Source: Candidatus Omnitrophota bacterium
GTDB lineage: Bacteria; Omnitrophota; Gorgyraeia; Zapsychrales; Fredricksoniimonadaceae
NCBI GenBank assembly: GCA_028865345.1
Contig: JAGWKL010000004.1
Location: 79,422 to 143,421, forward strand
Direction of reading: 5' to 3'
DNA: 64,000 nucleotides
Shown: positions 18,024-29,700 of the stretch, piece by piece
How the letters are laid out: every line of letters starts with the position of its first letter
Numbering within the stretch: the stretch's first letter is position 1
Notes under the pieces: model-generated
Seen by the model: the letters and a program-made list of their open reading frames with translations, nothing else
The model's database searches: none
Told to the model about the DNA's origin: nothing
Program-made: the position numbers and the translations under genes

Positions 18024-20666
18024 CTATTCTTTTTCCGCCATGGGCAGGGTGATGGTCACCATAAAACCTTTCGGGGACAAATTCTCCGCTTCCACCTCGC
18101 CCTCATTCAATTGCACGAACCGGCGGGCGATGGACAACCCCAGTCCCAGGCCGCCTTTCCTGGTCTTGGCCCCCCGATAAAATTTATCGAAAATCTTGGC
18201 CAGGGTCTGTTTGGAAATGCCTTCCCCCTGGTCAATGACGCTGATCCTGATCTTTTGGTCGATCACACGGACATGGATGTCGATGTCCAGGCCCTCGGGG
18301 CCGTGCACCAGGGCATTATGGACGATATTTTTCAACGCCTGTGTGATCATATAGAAATCCGCATTCACATACACAGGACCCTGCGGACAATCTACATGGA
18401 TGCGCTTTTCATCCTTGGACGTCCCCACCTGCTTAAGGGCGTGGGCCACGATGTCCTTGACTTCGCACCAGGCAAAATTGGGACTTAGGTTGCCGACATC
18501 CAGCTTGGTCAGATCCAGCACCGCATCCACGCCGCTGGTCAGGCGAAGGCAGGCCAGCCGGCATTCATCCAAAAGCTCCATGGCATCCTTGGGCCACTGA
18601 TGAAACAAGATCAGGGCGTCCAGATAACCGGAAATGATCGTCAGCGGCGTCTTGAGCTCATGGGACAAATTATCAAGAAGCGCGCTTTGCAGATTTTGCG
18701 TGTCTTCCTTCATCTTGGCTTCACGGGAGATCTTCAGCAGCTGGTCCTTTTCCAGCATCACCGTCATAAGCGCCGTGAATGATTCCAATAATGTCCTCTG
18801 GGCCAAATCCAAAGGCCTTTCCTTTAAAAGCTTGATGACCACAATGGCCCTCACCTGGCCCGATGACATTAAAGGCAGGTACATCAAGGGCTGCTGGGGC
18901 AGCGTGTCCGAAAAACGGCCCGCGGCCTTTTTATTGGCCACCACCCACTGGACCAAACCTTTTTGGTTGGGTGTCATATCAATAGGGTCCCCCAACGGAT
19001 TGGCGAACAGCGGCTGCTCGCTCTCGTCGACCATAAAGACGCTGCTATGGCACTGCAGCAACAGGTTGATTTGGGCTGTCGCCAGGCGCATGGCCTGGGC
19101 GATATCGGTGCTGAGCGCCAGGGCCCTGGTCAACTCATACAGGGATTCGGAACGTTGGCGCTGCTTCTGCTCTATTTCCTTTTGGCGGCGCAGTTTCGAG
19201 GTGACAAATCCCATCATCAAGGCTGTTATGAAAAACATGCCGAGTACGCCGATGTCATAGGTGGTCCTCAGATGAAGCGCAAACTTAGGAGGAATGAACA
19301 AATAATCCCAGGCAAAGGCGCTTAAAGCGGCCAGCATAAAGGCCGCGCTGCGGCCCAGGAAAGAACCGCTCAAGACAACGGTCAGCAAATATAAAAGCCC
19401 CAGCACCTCGTAGCCCGTCCAGGGGGCCAGCAGCATGTTCACGATGGTCGCAATGACAAACATCAGGAAACTCAAGCCATATTCACGGGGTCTTGGCCTC
19501 ATCAAGAATTCATTGGGTTTGGAAGGAAAGTTCTTTTCCGCGGCCGACATGCGCACCATATGCACGTCTATCTGTCCGCTTAAAGCCACCAGGCGGTCCG
19601 CCACCGTCGGGATCCCCAAAAAACGCTGCCATCTGGTCTCCGACGATTTTCCGAAAATAATTTGGGTCACGTTTTCCTTATTGGCCACATCCACGATCAC
19701 CTGGGCCAGGTCATCCCCGACCCGGTGGATGATCTCCGCCCCCAGCTGCCGGGCCAGGGTCAAATTCTTCATCAGGCGTTCTTTATGCTCTTCGGTAAGC
19801 GGCGCGGAACCTTCCACGTGCAGGGCGATCCAGGAGGCATCGAGCATCCCTGCCCAGCGGCGGGTCATGCGGATCAATGATTCCGAAAAAGGCGTAATAC
19901 CTACAGCCACCAGAATGCGTTCCCCGCTTTTAGAAGGGCCTGAAAGGCCCTTGGCCAGCATCAGCGAGCGCAGGTTGCGGTTGACATGGGCCGTGGTCAG
20001 GCGGAGAGCCATTTCCCTTAAGGCCGTGAGGTTTTCCGTCTTAAAAAAGTTGACCGCGGCCGCCTGAGCCTGGTCAGGGACATACACCTTGCCTTCGGCC
20101 AGGCGCTGGTGCAAGGCCTGAGGTGAAAGGTCGACCAGCGTGATTTCGGAAGCTTCGTCCAGGATGGTGTCGGGAACGGTCTCACCGACGGCAATGCGGG
20201 TGACCGCCAGGATGTCCTCCCGGCGGCTGTCCACATGCTGCACGTTCAGGGTGGTGAACACATCGATGTCCGCGGCCAGGACCTCCAAAACGTCCTGATA
20301 ACGTTTGGGATGACGGCTGCCCGGGGCATTGGTATGGGCAAGCTCATCGACGAGAACCAACTGCGGATGGCGCTTAAGGATCTCATCGATGTCCATCTCT
20401 TCGATGGTAATGCCCCGATAATTGACTTTCTTTAAAGGGATTTGCTCCAGGCCCTGCAGGAGCGCCCGGGTCTCGGGCCGGCCATGGGTCATGACAACGC
20501 CTACCAGCACCCGGAAACCCTCCGCCTGGCGCTGGCGCGCCTCCTGGAGCATGGCGTAGGTCTTGCCGACGCCGGGGCACATGCCGAAAAAAATCTTGAG
20601 TTTGCCGTGGTGGTCTTCTTCGGCTTTAAATCTCGCTAACAGCGCGTCCGGATCAGGGCGTTCCAT
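18024..20666 (-). CDS. kdpD: KdpD osmosensitive K+ channel sensor histidine kinase
   Basis: N-terminal KdpD domain with Walker A (GMCPGVGKTYAM), USP-like domain, 4-TM block, GAF-like region, HisKA (LSHELKTPLT) and HATPase. Confidence 0.9.
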   Translation of the reverse strand: MERPDPDALLARFKAEEDHHGKLKIFFGMCPGVGKTYAMLQEARQRQAEGFRVLVGVVMTHGRPETRALLQGLEQIPLKKVNYRGITIEEMDIDEILKRHPQLVLVDELAHTNAPGSRHPKRYQDVLEVLAADIDVFTTLNVQHVDSRREDILAVTRIAVGETVPDTILDEASEITLVDLSPQALHQRLAEGKVYVPDQAQAAAVNFFKTENLTALREMALRLTTAHVNRNLRSLMLAKGLSGPSKSGERILVAVGITPFSESLIRMTRRWAGMLDASWIALHVEGSAPLTEEHKERLMKNLTLARQLGAEIIHRVGDDLAQVIVDVANKENVTQIIFGKSSETRWQRFLGIPTVADRLVALSGQIDVHMVRMSAAEKNFPSKPNEFLMRPRPREYGLSFLMFVIATIVNMLLAPWTGYEVLGLLYLLTVVLSGSFLGRSAAFMLAALSAFAWDYLFIPPKFALHLRTTYDIGVLGMFFITALMMGFVTSKLRRQKEIEQKQRQRSESLYELTRALALSTDIAQAMRLATAQINLLLQCHSSVFMVDESEQPLFANPLGDPIDMTPNQKGLVQWVVANKKAAGRFSDTLPQQPLMYLPLMSSGQVRAIVVIKLLKERPLDLAQRTLLESFTALMTVMLEKDQLLKISREAKMKEDTQNLQSALLDNLSHELKTPLTIISGYLDALILFHQWPKDAMELLDECRLACLRLTSGVDAVLDLTKLDVGNLSPNFAWCEVKDIVAHALKQVGTSKDEKRIHVDCPQGPVYVNADFYMITQALKNIVHNALVHGPEGLDIDIHVRVIDQKIRISVIDQGEGISKQTLAKIFDKFYRGAKTRKGGLGLGLSIARRFVQLNEGEVEAENLSPKGFMVTITLPMAEKE

Positions 20667-20708
20667 GCCTTCTATGATACTTCATTTGAGGGCTCGTGGA
20701 AAATTATT

Positions 20709-23700
20709 TTAACGGTTTCCAAACATCAAATGGAAGGCATCGTTGACGGTAAGGCTGGGGGTGAAACGGACGATGTGGAAATTAAACCCTTGAAACCCCT
20801 CAGACATCTGCACCGCCTCCCTTCTCCCGGAAAGACCGGCAGTGGAAAAACGATTGATGAATTGAGGCTGAAAATCAAGGTCAATACCCCCGCTGCGTTT
20901 GGCGGCGGAAGCGTTCATGGCGGCATCGACCACCCTTTGGGCCAGATGCCTCGCCCTGTCGGAAGCGGAAGCAAAAACCACCGTATTCCTCTCCGGCAAA
21001 TAAACCATGTTTTTCAAATTGTGGCGGGACAAGGAGACCTCCCCAATTACTGAATAAACGCGCGTTCTTTCATCCACCGATGCGTTTCTAATAGCATTTA
21101 AATTTCTTTCAAAACTCTCTTTATATCCATTACCGTTCCCATTACCATTGCCATGTCCATTATCGGCACCACTGCGTATTTGGGCCTGGATATAATCCAT
21201 GTATTCTTTTAAAAGAATGTTGGGGTCCTCAAAATTTTGGGCCATGACCCTGGGAATAATGATATCCGGAATAAATCTTAACCCGCCGGCATTGACCAAT
21301 TCCTCGGCCAATACTGTTTGCAATTGGACCTCCTCAGGGGACATGGTCATAAGGCGGGTCAAGCCCATCATTTGCTGGGCCGATTCATTGTCCAGGTCCA
21401 AGCCTTTGGCCCTGATGATATTGATCGTGGGTGAAAATCGTTTTCTCGCATGCTCCCTAAGATCGAGGTTTTCATACATTCTGGCAACCGTCGTCAGCCC
21501 TTCGTTTAAATCAGAAATCACCCAAGCCCGAGATGGCCTGGAGAGATCGTGCAAATCCCTTATGTTCGTCCAATGGGTGCCGAAGGTGATCCCTGAACCA
21601 TCGGCATGTTGGACAGGAGGCCCCACATAAGCATCCTGTGCGTAACCCAGGACAAGCCCTCCTTTAGGCGTCGTTTTTGCCGCCGCGTATAAATTGTAAA
21701 TGCCTAATTGGATACGGGGATCATCGGGAGGGATGTTGCCCTCAACGAAAAGAAAGAGTTTATGGTTGTCCTTGCCCGATTTGGTTTCTCTCAAGGCCTT
21801 AAAAAAAGTGTCCCCATCCTGCGTCCCCCACCCGATGATTTGGGAGTTCCTGACGGTTTCCCTGAGAGCCTCGATGTACTTAGGGTCATGGTTTTCCACC
21901 AAAAGCACAACGGGATCATCACCCTCATGGGATTCGGCTTCTTCAACGGCCCGCCTGATAATCTGTTCTTCATTGTTGGCTTGCGAGACATTTTCAACGA
22001 CATTTTTCTTAAATACAGGCCATTGGTGAGGCCCTGCCGTCAATCCGACGGCTTCGGCCATTTTTTCACGGAGCCTGAGCAGCACCTCTTTCATGTTTTT
22101 GTTGTCTATCAACCTCTTATTGGCCAGGGTGGGCCCCAAATAGTTGGCAAAGGTGATCGCCACGCTGGCCAGAAGACCGAATATTTCAAGGACATTGAAA
22201 CGGCCGAATGTCAAAAATGGCAGCCGCCCATAACCGAAATAGCTAAAGGCGATCTTTAATGCCAAAAACCCGTCTACAAATGTAAAAATATGCCGGCTGT
22301 ACCAACTGCGCTTACGCGAATTCTTGCTTGAAGCTGCGTACCCGTAACTGCCGAATCTCTTACTCTCCTTTTTGACTTCCAGCCATCGTTTCTTGCTCTC
22401 GGTGATGGTAGCGTTTATTTCATTTTCCTTATAGAGTCCGGGGACAATAAAATTGCCTGTCTCCATCAGGTCCCTTAGGTCAGCCTCCAATTTATTTTCA
22501 GGCTTCTTGACCAGGGACTCAAAGCCCAAAAGGGCGGTGGGATAATTGAAGGTCTCCTCCAGTTCGCCTTTCTGAAAATGTTCGTTGTTACGGAGATTAA
22601 GATTGACACGGCCCTGGAGCCAATCCAGAAATTTCTGGACGTAGATCATTTTTAAATTCATGCGCTCGCTGGTTTCCCAAGAGGCATGTCGTTGGCCTTC
22701 CGTGGCCCTGTTCATACGGTCAGACACCATTTTGGAAGTCCTGTTGGCCAGTCTCACAAAGTAAGAAAAACCTTTCTGATAGGCCTCGTTCTGGGCGCCT
22801 TTACGGCTTTTGTTATCGACAAGGTCCGGGGTATATTTCATACGGACAATGATGGCATCGGCAATAACGGCCATAAACACCTGGTCGTTCAGGAGTTTTT
22901 CTATCGGATAACGGGGATCGCTGTCCCATAACTGTAAAATTTCTTCCCATTTTTTCAAAAGTGCCGGCACACTGACCTCATTAGCAATAACCCCCTCTCC
23001 CTTGCCGTTATTATTAAGGAACTCATCCTCCAGGATGCGCATGAGTTTATCCAGGCTTGCAAACTTTCTGTTTTTCCAGTCCCAGAATTTCGGAGAAAGA
23101 AGGTAGTAAAGCCCCACGCAGATAACGAGAAGGCTTGCCCCGACACCTGTATTCCAGGCCCATTGCCACCAGTGCCCCTGGACGATCTGCTGGTCATTCT
23201 CATAGATGGATTTTATATAATCGTTACGCAGCTTCAGGACCGCTTCCACAACTTCTTTATCTGTACCGGAGTTTTTCATCTGAGTTAAATACTTCTCCAG
23301 CTCTTGCGGGTCGTTCAGAGACTCGATTTTTTGTGCCAATCGATCCAAAGCATCCGAAAACCGGACAGAATGGACCGGCATCCCTGCGGAATAAGAATCC
23401 TTTTGGGCCATCTGCGTATTGATCTGGATGGCGCGTACGGCCCACTTGGTGGCGATCAACTTGATCTGGGCGTCCCGGCTCGCGGCTCCTGCCGCGGGAG
23501 GGTTCTGCATGGACAGTTCTATAAAGGAATATGTATCCAAATACGCCTCAGAAAACGACAGGTTCTGCGTCCGTCCGCCCATTTTATAGAGCGCCCGTCG
23601 AAAAACCCCCATGGCCGCCGGTGTTTTAAGATTTTGAGCATCTTGTTTGACGGTATCTATATTCTGACGGGCCTCAATGGCCCTAAGCATGAGCTCATCA

Positions 23701-26700
23701 TTGGAATTGATGTAGTCTTGCATCACCAATAAACGGCCTTCAGCATCCCCCATCAATCGGTCCAGGACCAAATTTAAATCATCCGCATTTTTCAAAACAT
23801 ACGGATGGGGAAGGATGCGGGCCAGTTCGGATTTTGTCGCTGTTTTAAGATACTCTCCTTGCCGGGAGACCGTCATGGTTGATAAATACGCCAGCGTGTC
23901 TTGAGGGTCCCGGGGAAGCGCGCCGATAGCGGAAACACCCGCCCTTTCCTGCTCATTGACCTGGTTTTGATCGATCAAATTTTGCGCCTGCCGGCGGGCT
24001 TCTGCCAACAAATCGCCCCTCAAAAGGCCCATATGTTTACGCCAGCCGGGGGAATTCAAAAATAGACGCAATTGGTCCGGTAATACGCTGATACGTCCCA
24101 AAGCCTCCGTATTGGAATCAACGAACAAAGAGTACGTATTGACATTTTGATATTCTCCCGGCTGAAAATGTTCATTTATCCTCTCTAAAACAATCTTTCT
24201 GACCAGGACATCCATGAACAGATCTTTCATGGCCTGGGCCTGCTTAGGGTCGGCAAAGTAAAGATCCATTTCATTATAAAGGCGGGCCAACTCATCCGTA
24301 CGCCAATATCGGCCCATCAATAGGTTGTCTTGCCCCAACCCATCAGGGTCCTTGGCAATAAAGGCCAGTAAGATTTTCTGTGCCAAAGCCCGTTGATTGG
24401 GATAAACACCGTCGGCATCGAAACTGGAGGGATACAAAGCATCCAAAATTCCGGGGTTATCGGTAAAGATGTCCCCGATGGACTGATAAGCCCAATTGAC
24501 GGCTTGGCCATTGCCCTTTTGCTGCGCCGTTTGGATGAAGTTGACTAAAAAGCGCAGGCTGCGCCATGGGTTGCTCCCGTCTAAAAACAGAAAAATCCGC
24601 TCTCTGACGTCTGCGGGCGCCGTCAAGGCGGCTGCCCCCAGTTTTTCAACGTCTTTTGCTGTCCCCTGATAGCCGGACAAAAGGTCATCGATCCCGGGCT
24701 CCCTGTTAAAAGGATTGCTGTCATAAACATTCATCGTTGAATTGGGCCCGGGCAGGGTCGATCTGGCCTTCCAGGCATTAAAATCCCTATTGGGATTTGA
24801 AAGCTGCTGGGCGTGAAGGGGCATGACGCCGATGCTGACGGCCATGCTGAAAGCCAGAATTAATTTCTGTAAAAAACCCGCAAGCTGGGCCCTGTCAGCG
24901 GCCATGGCCTGGTTTGCGCTGTCTTGGATCAGGGATTGGTCCGGGCCCAGGACGCCCAATTTTTGCAAATCATCCTGGGCCTGGAGATATTGACCTTTAA
25001 GTTGTATTATCTTCACGGCCCACTTATTCATGGCTCCGCGCTCCGTGGCCCAATCCTGAGGCGCGTAAAGAGTGCCTGTAAAGCCGGCTTTCAACTCCCA
25101 CCATTTTAGGGCATTTTGATAAGCTTCCCGGGCTTGTTGGATTTGACTGCTTAAATCTCTAAGAGCGCCGATCTTGACGGCCACTTCCCCTCTTAAATTA
25201 TTTTCCATCAACTCCAATTCTGCCGTCTTCTTTTGCAATTCGAGGGCAAGGATCTTTTGATCTATTTTCTTCTTTCCATCATATAAGGGGATGCTCAACC
25301 CTTCTGCGCCGTTCTCTCCGGGATTCATTTCAGAAGCCCGCCATGTTTCGCCGCCGCCGAAGGCGGGTTCCGTAAAAGAACTGCTGATGGCGCTGCCGCT
25401 GTAAACCCCTGTGGCATTGGCCTGCCAGCCTTCGATCTTTTTCAATTTTAACTGCTGGCGGATCTTGGCTATTTCCGTCTGGGCCCGTTGGATTTGAGGA
25501 TTAGCCGTTAAAAGTTTTTCGATAAAAGCATTTTCCTGCTCTTGGCTTGGGGCGGGAAATTCCGCCTGCCATGGGATGTCCATGGCAAAGCCTGCATGAA
25601 GGTCTTGCCGGCCGGTTAAGGTGTTGAGTTGTATGGTCAGTTCGTCATTGCCCTGAACAGCTTCTGATCTTGCTTCCTTAGCTTCCGCAATATTATTGTC
25701 AAAGGCCATGAGCTGCTCTTGTGTACCCACGCCGGCTTGCATGCTCTGGACAATGGCTTTTCTCCCCATTTCCAAATCTTTGATATATTGATCGTAAAGC
25801 GCCGCGATTTGCTGTTGAGTCCCCAGATCAATACCGATGTCCTTGGCATGTTCAGTCTGTTCAAGCACAGCAGCTTGATACTCGCGCAGCACGATTTCCG
25901 TCTGTATTTTGGCATATTCTATCTGTTTGGCCTTTTGGTGGGTGACCAATTCCGCGATCTTTAGAAAATAGGGAAAGACCAGCTTGGCTGCCGCGCCGTA
26001 AGCATTGCCGGAAGCCAGATCAATGGCAACATCCGGTATATTGGCATCGACCCCGCCGCCGATATATGTTTTGCCGCCGGATGAATAAACATTAAAATCC
26101 AGACCGATGTATTTGCTGTTGGGATATTTCTCGGCCAATTGGTTTTGGAGGTATGAAATCCTTTGGGTAACAGCCGTCAGTTTAAAGTCCCTGACCTTTT
26201 GCCCTATGGCAGTAAGGTTCACCGAGGGCCCCTGTACCGGAAATGACGTCAGGGGCGGATTAATGTTGATAACGGCCCGAGGGTTTAAAACCGGCCGGGA
26301 AAGCTTATCCGCATGAATTTTGGGCGGAGGCGGCGGAGCTGCCCCTGAAAAGACCGGCGTAGAATTCTCCTGCGTCCATACCTTTGCCGCTATCTGCTGA
26401 TTTGTTTTATCCAGCAAGCTGACATTGACTCCCATGCCTATGCGTAAAACATGCCGGGGGTCAAGGACCTTGATTTCAACCGACTTTTTGTTCAATTGGA
26501 TGTCCGGACTGAAAGCATCAACAACATTGGTCACCCGTCCTACAAGCCGATAACCCCCTATTTGAGTTGTGACCAGCACATAATCGCCCCGATGAACAGG
26601 CCCATCCAAAAGGACCGCGTTCGAGGGATCATTAAAATCCCCCAGAAAAACGGTGCCGGGGCTGTACTCCAAGAGTTTCTCGCCGCTTTTAAACGTTCCT

Positions 26701-29700
26701 GATTGATGTTCCCATGATGAGACAATAACGCCGTCCCTCGGAGCTTTTATGACTAAATTATTCAGAATCGTCCTGAGCCTTGCAACTTCAGATTTCCATT
26801 TAATGTCTTCGGCCTGAAGCTTATCGATCTGTACCGGAGCGATCGTCCCGCCGGAAGCAGGCGCTTCGTTTCTAAGCCGGTCTTCAACCGCATGAACTTG
26901 ATCGACTGCTTCCTGATATTGAGCAAGATATGGTTTAGGGTCCACCCGGGCCACGATTTGGCCGGCCTCGACCTTGTCCCCTTCACGGACCAAAAAATTT
27001 ACCGGCCCGTCGGCCGTGGCATCGATCGGATAGGTTTCAATGTTTCTGACCAGCTCACGCGTGCTTCCGGAGGCAACAATGGTATGAAGCAGCCTGGAGG
27101 ACCCTCCATCCGCAGAATAGACTTTAAGAGACAACTGCACTGTCTGGCCCTGTCTTATCGGCGATGAAGGGGTGACAACCAAGGTCAAATGTGCCGTCCG
27201 CGGATCCACCGTGGGCAGCCAATTAATGCCTGTGATGCTCTTGACCGGTTTACCGTCGATGGTCAGGTCAAGATCATTGTTATTGGCGCTGATGGGAAGG
27301 TCCACTTCAAAGCGGACCCTGTCTTCGTCAAAATAACTGGCCAACGCGGCCCCCTGCTCGACAGGAGTTCCGCTGTCGACTTGAAAATCCCTGATCACAA
27401 GTTTATGGGGAGCTTTTACCTTCCCCAACTCACGCTCGGCTAAAGCCTTGGTCAATTCCTGCTGCAGGCTTTGGACATTTTCCCGGGCCTTCTGCAGTTC
27501 ATTGACCGGAGCGGCCTGGGACTGCTCCAGAGAAGCCTCCATTTCTTCGGCAGCATGCAATTGCGCCCGAAGGGTTGTAATACGGCTTTCCAACTGCAGA
27601 TTCCTTATGATGAGTATTGTTTCTCCTTCTTTATATGTCGTCTTGGAAGCATCCAGGATCTCCGCAAAACCGCTCAGTTTGGCCGTTAAATTGTCCTCAA
27701 CAGAAGAGGCCTGCACTTTTTTCTGCAACACATAAAACTTTTTACCATAATGCCAAGGGATTTGATGGGTTTTTACGCGGGATGGGACGACATGACTCAT
27801 TGGTGCTGCTGCGGGAACGGGCTTGGACGCCGGCGGGGACGCCGGAATTTCTTCATGCGCCTGCTGCGTTTGATAGGGTTTCTCAATCTCAACCTGCGCG
27901 GGTTTCAATGGCACGTTGACCGGTTCGATCCGTTCCTGTGTTTGAATATTGGCTTGTGTAGCTGCAGGGGCAACGGGCGTTGGATGTAAATTTAAATTCG
28001 TATTCTTCTCAGCCGGCAGCGGAGACACCTCTGCCACAGGCGTTGATCCGGTATCGGTTCGAATTTGACCGTTCATATCATCAAGAAGGCGGTGAATATC
28101 TTTTAAATTCCGTTCCAAATCATAGAGACTTTGAGTATGGGCAGCTTGAATCTGAACATCATGGTTGTCAAGGGCGCCCCTGGCTGGTCTGACGGTCCAG
28201 GTCTTGACAAAATCCTGCGCTGCTTGTTCGAGATCACCCAGGACACGGACAACATCATCCCTCTGTCCCTCCGGAAGGCTTCTGACAAAACCCGGGTCTT
28301 TCAACAGGCCGTCCAGGGCGTCGGCCTCTGCCCTGAATCGCGGGACAACGGGATGGGCCAGCGCTCCAAAAATATGGGAGCCTTCCGTATCATCGTCGAA
28401 TGTTGATTGCAGATCCTGGATCGTCCGGCTGAGTCTCTGAAAATTATTGCCGATGTTTTTATGGTCTACGTTGGATAAATCCTGCATGTAGCTCCTGACC
28501 TTGGGGCCGGCGTTCTCAGGGCCTGGGATATTAAAACTTGTGCTGGGCTGGATAACATTGATATTATGCGATGGGATTTGGCTTTCAACAGACGGCTGTA
28601 GCTGTGCCACAATTCCACGGGCTCCCCAAAGCTGCCCCCTATAACCGCTGTCCAGCAGGATTTGCCCTAAGGTATCATGCTGTTGGACTGCCACATGCAG
28701 GGTGCCATTAGAATTGTGGGTAATTACCGCGGCTTGGGCAACCCCACCTGCCCCCAACAATGCCAGGGCGACCGTAAGGACAAAACTCCTTATCGATGAA
28801 CGGCTGACCGTCATGCTGGGATCCATGCCGATGGGCGAAAGCGCCACATGGGCCATGGCATAGTCGGAACTCTGGGCCAAATCAGGCGCGATCACTTCGG
28901 GATTCATGACCCGTACGGTCATGGCCCAATTTTTGAAACCGGAAAAATTACAGCCGCCGGAAAAATATTTTCGGGGAACAATTTTCTGGGAAACAGGGTC
29001 CTCGTCTTCGCGGATATAGTTGTACGCGCCTTTCTTGAACAAACGCAGGTATTCCCTATAGATCTTTTCCTTGGCCTGCAAAGGCACGTCATCGACACCG
29101 GCGGTTTTTCTTTTATTGATATAAATGTCCGACAAAACATTTCTCCTTAAAGCGCGTTTATACCAGTCCGCCAGGATCAGTGAATAGAACATCTGGCGCA
29201 GCGGCGCGAAATTCTTGCCTGTATTGACCTCTTTTTCCAATTCCGGCAGTATGAGCCTTTTGGTGATCATGGAGGTAAAGCTATGGGTCGGGCGGGCGTT
29301 GATGCCGGCATGAGACCGGTTTTTTTTCAGGGCCAAATAATCCTCTTCCATCATGACCTTAAGGTGCGTTTGACCGACCACGGCACTGTTGCCCATGTCG
29401 TAGACAATGGCCTTGTCTGGAACTATCCAGACCTTATTGAAGGTGTTTATGGGAAGATCCGTGGTGCCGTATATTTCAGCGGCTTTTTTGTAAACTTCAG
29501 CCCAGAATTTTCTGCCAAGACCGGTCTCGGGATAGGTGAGCGAGGACGTCAATTGTTTAAGAAGCTTGTCCTGTTCCAGAAGGATGTTGCCAGCGTCCGT
29601 AACGGACAAATCCGCAGGGACAATCCGTCCTTTTTCGTAAGGCGATAAATTGACCCAAAGGTCTCCTTCCGGGATCGTCAGAAAGGTCAAAAAATACTTG

